Part shown: positions 26,901 to 39,299 of the stretch, piece after piece
How the letters are laid out: each line of letters opens with the position of its first letter
Numbering within the stretch: position 1 is the first letter of the stretch
Assembly: GCF_003918875.1 (NCBI RefSeq)
Contig: NW_025765780.1
Span: 186,001-250,000, forward strand
Direction of reading: 5' to 3'
DNA length: 64,000 bases
Source: Haliotis rubra
Lineage: Eukaryota
Translations under genes and position numbers: made by a program
The notes under the pieces: generated by a model
The model's input: only the letters and a program-made list of their open reading frames with translations
What the model was told of the DNA's origin: nothing
The model's database searches: none

Positions 26901-29900
26901 GTTTTGTCTTTTCCTGTTGTTTCTGATATCTCTGAAACTCAGGGACATAATTTGCCGATGATGAATTTTTGGCAAGAGTTTCGCCAATTTTATTTGCAAT
27001 TTTAGACTTGTCAGTAATTAAATTATCACCATCTTTAAGATGGTGAACAGCAGATTTTGAACCTTTACCTTTAATTCTTTAAATTACGTTCCATACCTTA
27101 CACATTGGCGTGCGTGAATTAATTTTGGAGACATAATTTCTCCAAGATTGTCGTTTGTTTTGTTTAAAGCTACGACGCGCCTCTGCATTGAGTATTTTAA
27201 ATTCATTTAAGTTATGGACAGTTGGATGGTGGCGGAAATAACGCTCTGCCTCTTTCTGCCACTTTTCTGACTTGTCTACAATCTGTATTAAACCATGGTT
27301 TTCGTACATGTGGAGTCGTAGAGGACTTTGGTATACACTCATCAGCTATTTCATTTAAAACGTCAGCAATAGTGTGAATGGGATCAGTTATATCACTGAA
27401 ACATTCAGGTCGCAGTTTCGATTTACAATAGATATAAAGACCAGTTAGCCTTCGAAAAGTTCCATTTTTTATACGATGGAGAAACAGATGGAGTTATTTC
27501 TGAAAGGATAGTTGGGAAGTGGTCACTTCCACAAAGGTCATTATGAACAGACCAATCAAATTCATTTAGGAGGTTAGATTCCGCAAGAGACAAATCCAGA
27601 GAAGAATAAGTGCCAGTTGCAGGATGCAGATAGGTGCTTCAATCATCATTGAATATACACAGGTCATTATTGGAAATGAAACCTTCAAGTATTTTGCCTT
27701 TAGTATTAGTGTTAGTACTGCCCCAAAGTGGGTTGTGACCGTTTAGGTCACCCATAATAACACATGGTTTCGGAAGTTGATCATAGAGTGATTGAAGATC
27801 AGTCTGTTGAAGTGCCGATGAAGGCGGAATATACAGAGAGCATAATGTAAATGCTACACCCAGAGTAAGTCGCACTGCAACAGCTTAGAGATTGGTGTTA
27901 GGTGTAACAGGGCTGTGAATAACATTCTGTCGTATAAGGATAGTAGAACATCCAGTGGCTCTATCACCTGGAGGGGAAAAATAATGATAGGCTTCAAACT
28001 GACGTAAGCTAAAATTATCTGTCTGTTTCAGATACGTCTCTTTCAGACAGAACGCTGATGGTGTTAAATCCTGGATTAATAGCTGTATTTCATTAAAGTT
28101 TGTCCGTAGTCCCCTACAGTTCCACTGCACGATATGTTTAGATAGACCTATCTTTTAGGTGGATTAATAGGGGATCTACCCCGCACCTTTTTCAAGGGCG
28201 ACAAGCTATGTGCCCTAGAATGGACGTTTTCGGACACGTCCATTTTCTCAAGTGATCCTTATTTGTTAAATAATTTGATTTTATCATCTGGCCCTTTTGG
28301 GGCTCTGCCACTTTGTTTCTTCAAAGAATCTGGCTTCGGTTTGCCTTTGTTTTTAACTATTTGTTGAACATTTGACGTTGATTGAAACCTCTGAGCTGAC
28401 TGAGAAAATGTGTCACGATCATGAAATGGTTGTGCTTGGATTTGGGCCGTGACAGGAGTGATTCCGCAGTTTGTGTAGACATAGCAGGTGACAAAATCTT
28501 AGGAGAATCGGTTTTGAGCCAAGTTAAATTAGTCTGACAGCTTACAGATGATTTGGTTATTGGAGGAGTTGAATCAGACGATGTTTTGGCTATGGATGCA
28601 TAGGTTTCCTTAATTTCAGATCGCAAGACAAGCTTTTTGGCATCAGTAAAACTAATGTTTTGGGTGAACTTTATCTTATTGATCTCCATCTGCTGTTTCC
28701 AGATCGGACAATATTTGGAAAATGATGATAGCCTGGACAGTTGGTACATTTCTTAAAGTCACTGTCACAATCTTCTGTTGTATGTGTCTTCTCACCACAG
28801 TGAGCACACACAACAGACAATGTGCAAGTACTAACACCATGACGAAACTTCTGGCATTTAAAACGCCTTAAAGGATTTGGTAAGTAGGTGTCGACATGAA
28901 TGTGACAATACCCCGCCTTTACTGATCTGGGAACATTTGGAGAGGAAAACGAAAGCAGGTACGTATTAGTCTGAATGGTTTCCTGGTTTTTACGTGTTGT
29001 AAAACGCTTAACGTATGTCAACCCTTGATCTTTCATTTCTGAAACAATTTCAAGTTCAGACATGTCGGCAAGCAATCGATCTCTATCTCTGATGATTCCT
29101 TTACTGGTGTTAAGTGTTCTATGAGGAGATACTGTTACTGGAATGCCGACGAATGTTTCAGTAGTCATCAGGTTAGTAGCCTGTTGTCTTTTGCTGCACT
29201 CTACGAGCAATGCACCTGAAAGTAAACGTTTGATATATTTAACGTCACCGGCAATGCCTTGTATGCCTTTCTGTATTGTAAAAGGGTTCAACTTTAAATC
29301 TTATGTTTTCTTGAGCCTCAATGACGAGAAAACGTGGCCAGTAATCAATTGAAGTGGACAGTCCTTGGTCGTTATCATCTGGATCAGTGTCAAGTGGACG
29401 TTTTTTAAGCCGTGGTTATTGTTAAATGGTTCATCATCCGAGCTCCCCACCCGCCACGGGGTATAATAAAGACAGTGCTAATAACAAGTGGATCTCCGAC
29501 TTGCAGCACCAGGGATTCCCGGATGATATACTCCAGCAGAAAAATTAAAGAATTCAAGTGATAGATCATTTGGCCAAGACTTTTGTCAAAATAAGTTAAA
29601 AGTATCTTGTGAAGTTTCTTGTGAAACACAATAATACTCAGGGCTCGGCATGACCAGCCGATTGGTTGAACCGGGCCCATTCAACCACCCGTCTAGGTGA
29701 AGTAAGGGGCGAAGTGGTGTGTTGTTCCTGGAACCAGTGCCCTCAACCACCAGACTCCCGTCCTCCACCGACACAGGGGCGCAACCTACGGCATCCGGAT
29801 TAGTGGACCCTATATACCCCCGGGTCCACAACGGGGGAAGGGAGGGGGAAGGGGAGTAGCGCTTAGCGTTACCCAGCACCCAGCACGAAGAGGCGGCTCT

Positions 29901-29916
29901 TCACGGATGCCGCGAC
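23962..29916 (-). mobile_element. Full-length, decayed I-group (Nimb-like) LINE with ORF1 and APE-RT-RNase H ORF2
   Basis: 10-bp TSD AGAGGAAGAG (23952-61, 29917-26) and 3' (CTCA/TTCA)n tail. ORF1 (~29430-28150) has three zinc-knuckle remnants. ORF2 (~28135-24540) has QWNCRGL, GDLNGHNPLWG, YRPISLTSC, FFDLEKA, PQGSILS, FVDD and the RNase H motif WLPSHVRISGNTMADLAAK; many frameshifts. Confidence 0.95.
29856..29911 (-). ncRNA. Candidate HDV-like ribozyme at LINE 5' end
   Basis: Minus strand GGCAUCC GUGAAGAGC CGC CUCUUCGU GCU GGGUGCU GG GUAAC GCUAA GCGCUAC. P1 is 7 bp with a G1-U wobble, followed by GG for P1.1, a minimal P4 and J4/2 GCUAA; P2 and P3 carry mismatches. Confidence 0.55.
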
Positions 29917-30547
29917 AGAGGAAGAGCCACCATTAACTGATGAGGGCCGAATAAAGCTAATAAATACCTCTGTATAGGTCCTGAAAGAATATCTTGTAAA
30001 TTCCAAAGTAAAATCAACAATAGGAGTTTTTGTATGTCCTTGAGTCCTTGTATGGATCTGAATCTGAGGTCTCTGTATGTCAAAAGAGATATATTAACGG
30101 GCAATGTTTCTGTTGTCGTGAAAAGAGTTTCCTTCAAACACATGCCGTGTGATAATGATTTAACATTTGTAATAAGTAGAAGTGACGCATAGGCTTGGCA
30201 CTGAGAAATACTCAGACTGTTTCATGTCGTTATGAGTGTTACATGTATGTACGCAAATATCAAATAGGATATGGGGCATTACGATATGAAAGTTATAGGG
30301 GCAAGTTCTGATGCAGGTTCCCTGATATGTATATTCTATCTTATTACGTTATTAGGTGCAGAGTTAACCCCGGTAAAATGCAAAATTCGGGAACTTCTGA
30401 GAGAGACAGAACCGTACCTATCTGACTATAGGTTTAGTTTTATGTCATTACATTTATATGTCAATGCTGGTTTAAAAATTGTAGCTATTCTTTTCATTCA
30501 CACATAACATCCTCAAAATTGCTCCTTCGCACTTTAGGCTACTCGAA

Positions 30548-32200
30548 AATAATAATAATAATAATGTCCACTTGTATGGCGCCGTTTCCACACACTAGTG
30601 TATGCTCATGGCGCCCCGTGTGTAAAGCTAAAAATCTGCAGCAATTGTACAAGTCAGTCATTCGTAATATTTCCTGAAAAGATGGGTCTTCAATGAAGAT
30701 TTGAATAAGTCAAGAGATTTTGCTGTTTTGATGGTTATAGGAAGACTGTTCCACAGTGAAGGAGCAGCATAGCTGAATGATCTGTGACCATAGTTCTTGA
30801 GATTGACAGGGGGTGTTGTTAGGAGGAACTGTTGGTGTAATCTCAGCTGTCGTGGTGGTGTGTACACTGAGATGAGTTCAGAGAGGTACTGAGGCGCTAG
30901 GTCATGTAGACACTGGAACACAATGGTCAAGATCTTGAATTCGATTCTGGCTTGGATGGGCAACCAGTGAAGAGACTTTAGGACACGGGTTATGTGAGAT
31001 CTTTTAGATGTTAGGGATACAATGCGGGCTGCAACGTTTTGGATTTTCTGGAGTTTTGTCAAGTGTGCAGAGCTGAGTCCAAACAGAATGCTGTTTGAAT
31101 AGTCCAGTCTAGATAGAACGAGAGACCTGACGAGAGTATGGTCTGCATCTGTTGTTAAGTTATGGCGAATGTTACTGATAGCTCTCAGGTGGAAGAAGCA
31201 GATTCTTGAAAGATGGTTTATCTGAGCATCAAGTGATAGGCCCTGGTCTATGAACACTCCAAGATCTTTTACGGATGGAGCTAGAGTAATTTCTGCATCA
31301 GCTATTGTGATTTTCTCAGTCGTGATTTTGTTCAGACGATGTTTATTGCCGACAAGCATAGCTTCTGTCTTATCATCGTTCATTTTGAGCATCATAGATG
31401 ACATCCAGGATTTGATGGACTTTGTGCAGATAGCTGTCTTCTCTAGGGAATGTTGAATCTGATTCAGAGCAAAAGAGTCTACCAGCTGAGTATCGTCTGC
31501 AAACGAATGATGAGGAGTGTCATACTTATCGGATATTTCGGTCAAGGATGTCATGTAAAGGAGGAAGAGGATGGGCCCCAGAACAGATCCCTGCGGAACT
31601 CCACATGTGAGATCTGCTGTTGTGGATGAAGACTGCTTTATCAAGACTCTCTGAGTGCGTCCTGTCAGATATGATGAAAACCATCCCAATGCCAACCCGG
31701 TGATGCCCATTTGGTGTTCAAGAAGCTTGAGGAGGATGCTGTGGTCAATCGTGTCGAATGCTGCACTCAAGTCTAGCAATACAAGTGATCCAACATTGCC
31801 ACTGTCTACTGAGCATCTGAGGTCATTGAGCACCCTCAGGAGAACTGTTTCTGTGCTGTGTCTGGGCCGGTAGGCGGATTGGAACTTGTAAAATAGTCGA
31901 TTCTGAGTCAGGTGTGATGACAGTCTGATGTAAACTGCTCTTTCAATCAACTTAGAGATGAAGTTAAGGTTGGAGACAGGTCGGAAATTTTTCAGCACAT
32001 TATTATCAAGGTTATCCTTCTTAAGTGATGGTCTGACAACTGCTTCTTTGAAAACCTCTGGAAATATGCCAGACTGTAAGCTAACATTGACAATCTGGGT
32101 GATGACAGGTAGCAAGACATCCATGTTTTCTAGGACAAGTTTACAAGGCAGTGGATCCAGAGGGCATTGCTTGGTCCTTTCACACTCATTCACAATCCGA
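30548..32200 (-). mobile_element. 5'-truncated L2/CR1-group LINE with uninterrupted RT ORF (30658-32193, 511 aa)
   Basis: FRPVSNLNF, QSAYRPRHSTET, LLDLSAAFDTIDH, PQGSVLGP, FADDTQL, SRLDYSN, LHWLPI and FKSSLKTHLF; short 3' UTR ending in (TTA)n. Confidence 0.95.
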
Positions 32201-32267
32201 AGGAATTAAAAGCTAAATTTTCATGGCCTTAGGTTATTCGGGAGGAAACAATACGTTTATGATTGGA

Positions 32268-32465
32268 CTAGGCTTAATCATCCCCATCTCCTGTTCACTA
32301 CATACCATATATGGTATTCCGAGGGAAAAGATCTGACCTAGGCTCAATCATTCCCATCTCCTGTTCAATATATATCTGGTATTCAGAAGGAAAGATCTGG
32401 CCTTGGATCAATCCCCTCCATCTGCTGTTGAGTATATATGGTATTCAGAGGGGAAAGATCAGCCT
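32268..32465. repeat. Degenerate tandem repeat, ~3 units of 63-70 bp
   Basis: CTAGGCTYAATCATYCCCATCTCCTGTT…GGTATTCMGARGGRAAGATC recurs three times. Confidence 0.75.
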
Positions 32466-32511
32466 ATTGTACTTTATGGGATTTAGAGGCGGGGTTAAAA
32501 AGGGTATTATA

Positions 32512-33995
32512 TACTAGGCACATAAAGAAACTGTGCATACACAAATTTAAAATCTAAATGCATCAAACCTGTGTAGACACAAAAGGATTGAAACTCAGAG
32601 ATTAGTGACATGTATCCAACATGCTTGCACGTGCCACACTCCGTGACGTCAGTTGGTTCGTCCTTGAGACGTGCAATACGTTGTTGCACGTGCATTCCGG
32701 GAAAGAGAAACAGAGCAAATGAATGCCACACAATACTGTCACTTTGGAAAGCCCAACCCCTGCCCTTGCGATCGTTCAAAAAATTAAACGGCTATTGAAA
32801 CGCACGGTATGCCAAGGCTCACGTCTGCACAACGTCATGAGGCCATTGGGATGGTCCGTGGGGGAATGTCTCAACGACAAGTGGCTGCACATTTCCACTG
32901 CCACCGGAACACCATTTCTGCACTGGTGAGACGCTACCAGAACACAAATGACGTCATCGATCGGCCACGTTCTGGACGTCCACGTGTAACAACGCCAAGA
33001 CATGACAGATGGGTAAGGGTGACCCATCTTCGCCACAGGTTTCAGACTGCAGTGATGACTGCCCAAACCATCCCAGGACTTCGCCGTATCCACCCCAACA
33101 CAGTTCGACAACGCTTACGTCATCACGGCCTATCCTGACACAACGTTATCGACAAGCTCGCCGAATGTGGTGCCGAAATCATGTCCGCAGACCCTTGTTT
33201 TGGTGGAGAAATGTTGTTTTTACAGATGAGTCCAGGTTGAACATTTCCCATAGTGATGGACGTCAACGTGCCTATAGACGCGTGGGAGAACGTTATGCAC
33301 AGGCCTGTGTCTCGGAGAGAAATCGCTTTGGTGGTGGCTCCATGATGATTTGGGGTGGAATAACAGCACGCCAAAGAACTCCTTTGGTGATTGTTCAGGG
33401 CAACTTAACTTGTGTGGGCTACAGGGATCAGATTCCTCGACCTGTGGCAATTCCTTTTCTGCAACGTCATGGCCCTGGGTTAACATTCCAACAGGACAAT
33501 GCCCGCCCTCATACGGCAAGGGTTGCTATGGATTTCTTGTACCACCACAACGTTGACTTACTGCCTTGGCCTGCAAATTCACCGGATCTCTCCCCGATAG
33601 AGCATGTTTGGGACGAGATGGATCGACGTCTACGCCGTCTTCCTCATCCGCAAGATAACGTCCTTGACCTTGCAACAGAACTTGAGAGAATCTGGCGTGA
33701 CATCCCACAAGCCTTCCTTGCACGTTTGATAGGCTCTATGCGTCGTCGATGCACTGCTGTTCTCAATGCCGATGGTGGACATACCCGTTATTGAGCTTGT
33801 GACATGGTCGTTTGACCCCTGTCCCGCTCGTGGACTCGTGACGTCATTGTGATTGACTTTTCAATTGAAATTCTCCCGACTTGTTATGGTCTCATGATCC
33901 CTCCATTAAAGTTTATATGTACCTTTGACATTGTTATCGTACTTATCAACTTGGATAATATTTCGACAATGCACAGTTTCTTTATGTGGCTAGTA
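32512..33995 (+). mobile_element. Tc1-family (DD34E) transposon with intact TIRs and TA TSD; transposase 32809-33794 broken by a small deletion/frameshift near 33135
   Basis: 26-bp TIRs TACTAG(G/C)CACATAAAGAAACTGTGCA; motifs MPRL…DRPRSGRPRVTT, TDESRL, QQDNARPH, SPDLSPIEHVW and GGHTRY. Confidence 0.97.
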
Positions 33996-34149
33996 TATGA
34001 TAGGGAGAGTTCATTTCCTTGCCTGTAAAACGTTTCTTAAAGTCGGTATGGAAACACCAAGTGCTATGGTTTATGATGAATGCGGGAGACTCCGACTGTA
34101 CGCCTAAGAAAGTATGCATCTTGATAATCTTGGTTAGAACACGTGGGCA

Positions 34150-34850
34150 GTATGAATAAATGAATGAATGTGAATGAATGAATGAATGAATGTGTTTATT
34201 TCCTCCAGATTTCAATCCGAAGATCATTTACATATGTACATCATATATTCACAGCAACATATTGACAAGACGGGTAAACACATGTACAGAGCAATGGCAA
34301 GGAAGGATCTACAATACACACTTGAGTGAGGATACCATGGAATGCAGGTATTTACAAAATAAGACAATCATACATCTCCATGACATTTCATCTAATTTAT
34401 GTGCTCAGTAACCGGTATTTCACCTCCAGAAAAGAGAGACAGCATTTCATCTTCTGGCAGTAATTCTCTTTGTACAGATACATTGACGTGAAAAAGATCT
34501 GAAAGTTTGGAAAGAACTGATTCCTGTTGTACATATAATGTTCACAATGTAGAATTGCATGACAGTCATAGTCATTACATTGTCTTTCACAGAGTTGGAT
34601 TTGGCTTCATGTGGTTATCGCTAGACAGTTGGCATTAATCTACTCATGAAAGTTCCTGATATGATTCTTATCGTCAGTTGATTGAAGCAGCATCATATTT
34701 AGCAAACTTAGGCAACAGAAATATTCGCATTGTCTTTATACCTTTTAGACAAGTCCTTAATGATTTATCAATACGCTTGTCTCCCTTGAATAGCACACAC
34801 GTTCATCTAACGCTCCTGAGATAAGTGAATTCTATTACATGACAATCCCC
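34150..34850 (-). mobile_element. Degenerate 3' portion of a LINE-like element with (TTCA)n tail
   Basis: Tail and adjacent sequence match 6070-6140. The internal extent is approximate. Confidence 0.5.
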
Positions 34851-34881
34851 ACAACTTTGACTGAAGTTGACACACATCACG

Positions 34882-36160
34882 ATGGGCATTCCTGTCGACG
34901 TTTGGTGAGCCAGAATTGGAAGATTTGTGCCTCCTACGGGCGTGAGACAGATTGAAACAGTGCCACCCTACAACACGACCAGTGAGTGGAAGCCGGCCAT
35001 AGATACAACATGCAGGATTCTGTTTGGATCGCTAATTCTCACTGGGGTGTGTGCTGGATCATTCTTGGGATCTTATGTGAAGGATTTAGAGTATTCTTGG
35101 ATTCCACCAGCGCCTTTGTGTGCTAAAGGAGACTTGTGTGACATATCTGCAAGTGTGACGTCACCATTGTTTACATGGCGAAATCAGGAGACTTTCGGCT
35201 TTGGTGAGGTGAGATGAGGTGAAATTGGCTTGAGAATATTTCGCTCATATGACGACGTGCATGTGTGTGTATGTGTATGTGCGGCTGCTTGTACTAGCCC
35301 AGACTGAAGCTGGTTTTATAGTGCTAGCCCACTGAGATACCATGCCGCAGTGAAGCATGCATACCCCAGTCAGACACATTATACTGACTCCGAGCCGCCC
35401 AGTCCTTAAGGTACCCATTAATGCCGACAAGTACCATATTTTAACGTCTTTTGGTATGACGCGGTCGGGGATCGAACCCGCGACCTTCCTCTCTCTGGGT
35501 GGACGCTCTAACCACTACACCACGGAGGCGGTCCCTCGACTTGGGTACCGTACCCGGTGTGACAGTTTCTCCATCAGTGATCAACCTTGCCGGAGACGTC
35601 GAGCTAAACCCAGGGCCATCTGGAAAGGAACTTGATGATAGGAAATCTGCTATAATAAAGCAGACAAAGGACATCATATCTATTGAAGTGGACATAAAAT
35701 ATTTCAAATCAGAAATGTCAGAGTTAAGAAACAAAGTGAAAACTAGCACGGAGGAACAACAGGAACAACAAGATATAGATCCTCTTATCGAAAGAACAGA
35801 TCGAATGGAAGATTATGTTGGTGATCTTGAATTTCGTATGGAGGATGAGGAAAGACGAGGCCGACAAAACAGCATGGTTTTCTACGGAGTACCGGAGACT
35901 GATTGCCACAACGAAACGTACACCGAGAGTAAGACCAAGGATTTGGAAATCCTCAATGATGCCAGGAAATCAAAGGATTTGAATCCTCTTGTGCCACGTG
36001 ACATTGAAAGGTCTCACCGCATTACGAGTAAAACTTCCAATAAAACCAGGCCCATAATTGTCCGCATGTGCTGTTGGGAGGACAAATGACACTCGATGAA
36101 ACTACGGAGCGTACTGAAGCAGAAAGGTGTCGGCACTGCAAACGACCTCACAAACCACTT
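34882..36160 (+). pseudogene. CR1/L2-group LINE ORF1 remnant: MGIPVDVW*ARIGRF leader, hydrophobic segment, 2A-like motif, coiled coil, L1-type RRM/CTD
   Basis: ATG at 34882 is in frame with ORF 34927-35217; a SINE interrupts the sequence; ORF 35499-36089 has LAGDVELNPGP, a heptad-rich region, RQNSMVFYGVPE, IERSHRI and RPIIVR. Confidence 0.85.
35203..35533 (-). mobile_element. tRNA-derived SINE (different family) inserted in the ORF1 remnant
   Basis: Minus strand GACCGCCTCCGTGGTGTAGTGGTTAGAGCG (A box) … GGTTCGATCCC (B box), central body, CA-rich stretch and (CTCAC)n tail. Confidence 0.88.
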
Positions 36161-36404
36161 CGTAGTGAGAATCCTAATACCAGATTTTACTAAAAAGGGC
36201 ACAAACTTGTTAAAGAGCCCAGGGGGGGGGGACATTCCACGGGATTATCAGGACCGTACCACTCAACAGGATGAACCACCCACGAGACAGCTCCGATCTT
36301 CCTCCCACACTCCCACCAGGGGACTAGGGGTTGGCCAGGGCCTCATGAGGGACAGTAATCCTAGTGATTTTAGGACGCTTCATCAGGATTTCACAGACTG
36401 AAAT

Positions 36405-38185
36405 GACAATATTCAGCACAGTCAAGCAAGACATGCTTGACCGTGATTCTTCCATCACAAGGGATGCAAAACGGAGGCTCCTCACTTTTCAATAAGTATT
36501 CATAAGTATACCTTGTGTGGCCAATACGACATCGTCGTATGATGACCTCTTCAAATCTGGACTGACAATCCAAGTAAGTATAACCAATATAAGGTTGTAT
36601 TGCATGTAATTTATTAATACCTACTTGGGTGTCCCACTTCTTTTGCATTAGATCACGGATATAAAATCTGATCACAGCTTTATAATCAGAGTATGGGATA
36701 AGAAGTGGTGTCACAGGTTTGTTGAGTGCTGCCTTGGCAGCAAGATCGGGCAATGTATTCCAAGAAATGCCAACGTGGCTGGGTAACCAACAGAGGACGA
36801 TATCGTATTGGCCAGTTGCAAGATCATTATATAATTCTATAATTTCTATTAACAGTGGATGTTTACAAGAAAGATTTGTAATAGCCTGAAGGCAAGAAAG
36901 AGAGTCAGAAAAGATGATATATTGTTTATATTTAGGGTGCTTATTAATATATTTAAGAGCTGTAAGTATTGCGTTTGCTTATGCTGTGAAAATTGAACTG
37001 TCATTGGGCAATCTGGAAGAAATTGTTTTGGACCTAATAACCGTGGCACAAGCTACTGCGCCACCATCCTTGGACCCATCTGTAAATAAGGGCTTATATG
37101 TATTATATTTACTTTTTAATTGATTATATTCTTGTTATATTGTAATTCATTAGTTACAGATTTCTTAAACTTTGTCAGCATTAGGTCAACTTCAGGCCGC
37201 ACCAGTTGCCAAGGAGGAGAAGAGAGAAAACGGGAAGGAGATATATTTTCCAGCTCAATGCCGGCAGCAGATAGGAATGGTTTAATTCTTAGCCCAAGAG
37301 GCAGAAAAAGAGAAGCTATTTGTTGTATAAATCAAAGAGGATTGAAAACACAGTTAAATGCAGGATTCGACTCGTTAGAATAGAGTTTTTTTATATACTG
37401 TAATAGAGAGACTATCAATAGGAGAGGTTCTAAGAGACCCAAGACAAAGTCTTAGGCCTTGGTGGTGGACAGAATCAAGTAGTTTTAGGTTACTTTTGCA
37501 GGCTCCACCATATACGATGGAGCCATAATCAAGTCGAGTCGAAAATTAGACCCAAGAACCTTTGATTGGAGTGCCATTTAAAGATAGTTTCGGATCTTTA
37601 TGCGGCTTATATTTTCTACAAAATCATCACAAGGGATACAAAACAGAGGGTCCTCACCTTTTAACAGGTATTCATGAGTACATCTTGCATGGCCAATGCT
37701 ACATCGTCGCATAATGACCTCTTCAAATCTGGACTGACAACCCAAGTAGGTGTAACCAATACAGGGTTTAATTTCATGTAATTTATTGAAACCTACTTGA
37801 GTGTCCCACATCTTTTGCATTATATCACGGATATAAGATCTAATCACAGTTTTGCAATCAGAGTATGGGATTAGAAGTGGTGTCACAGATCTGTTGAGTG
37901 GTGCCTTAGCAGCTAAATCGGCCATTGTGTTACCAGAGATTCCAACATGGCTGGGTAACAAACACAGTACGTTGCCGTATTGACCAGCAAGCCCATTATA
38001 TAATTCAATTATTTCGATTAAAAGTGGTGGTTTGAAAGAGAGAGATTTATAGCCTGAAGGCACGAAAGAGAGTCTGAAAAAAATGATATATGTTTTATAT
38101 TTATTTAAGCGCTGTTAATATGGCATTTGATTCGGCTGTGAAAATAGAACTATCGCCTGGTAATTTTGAAGATATTATTCTGGCT
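36405..38185 (-). mobile_element. Rearranged fragments of the same I/Nimb-like LINE family (RNase H / C-terminal region present twice)
   Basis: Colinear with about 24630-26010 but with internal deletions. 37622-38185 is a second, more diverged copy of the RNase H region. Confidence 0.92.
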
Positions 38186-38782
38186 GATTATAAAGAGAGA
38201 CGATTGGTTTCTCAGTATACAGTTACCTGAATGATCTCAGTACAGTGAGGACACATATAGGAATTGAAAAATCATAAAGGAATTAAAATATTTACAAACA
38301 AGCATCCAAACTTAATGAACTTTGAGGAATTTTAAAAGCAAACGAAAAAGGGAAAGAGGGCACCCATCTGATAATGTTTGGCCTTGGAATGGTGGCAGTT
38401 TTCCGTTTTTATGTGTGGAGACTATATACCTGTGGCAGCTAAACGTGAAAATCATGTTGCAAACTATACCTTTTCAGTGGCTGGTGCATTCTTTTTTATT
38501 CACAAACAAGCGTATTATCAGCTCAGCATTTTCATGTACAATTTCTCTGTCTCCAGATCAACCTTAATATCCTACGGTATGTCAACAATTGAATTTGAAA
38601 AGCATCCTGTCTTCTCATATCCTATATTTTCACATGTTTTGTCACATTCGCGGAAGAAAATCTCTCCTCTCTCGGGTACTGTGTTTTGTGTTTAGTGGTG
38701 TGACTAAAACACCAAATCCGGCAAACATGTTCCTTGAGGTCAGTTTGGAAGACTGCTGTATCACATTACATTCTAATGAGTA

Positions 38783-39097
38783 ATGATAATATCTGGCTAA
38801 TAACAGTACATCATTATTTCCAAGAGATACATGTTACATATGACAGGCAATCCGTATCGATTACATTCATACATACAAACTAGCTCTTTAGTCGTAGTGA
38901 TCATGAAAGTGTACAGTAGTCATTATCTGATTAATAATAGTAGATCATTCTTTCCAAGATATATATGCTACCTATAACAGGCAATCTGAATCTAATACAT
39001 ACATACCTACAACCAGTTTTCAAGTCACAATCACCATGGAAGTGTACAGTAATCATTATCTGAGTAATGATAGTATCTGATTAATAATAGTACATCG
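38783..39097. repeat. Degenerate tandem duplication (~130 bp unit)
   Basis: CATTATTTCCAAGAGATACATG…ACAGGCAATC…CATGRAAGTGTACAGTARTCATTATCTGA repeated. Confidence 0.7.
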
Positions 39098-39299
39098 TCA
39101 TGTAATTATGTCATGTGGGGCCACAATAGGTCCAGGTAATCTTTGCATATTACATATTATTCTGCTAGGAGAGTGTGGAGTGATGACCAAAATGTAAAAA
39201 AGAAGCTTGGTCCGCGTGTGAAAAGGCAATAAATTTACATGATTTTTAGTATCTTTTGATCTCATTTTCGATCTGATTAAAATTTGGTTTAACATCTTT

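Noticed and set aside
29937-29953. CTGATGAGGGCCGAAT hammerhead-like core next to the LINE 5' end
   Set aside because: It has GAAT instead of GAAA, no real stem II and no identifiable stems I or III, and it lies outside the TSD.
35460-35533. tRNA gene (also the tRNA-like heads at 12426 and 23170)
   Set aside because: A/B boxes are present but continue into SINE bodies and tails, with no complete cloverleaf or terminator.
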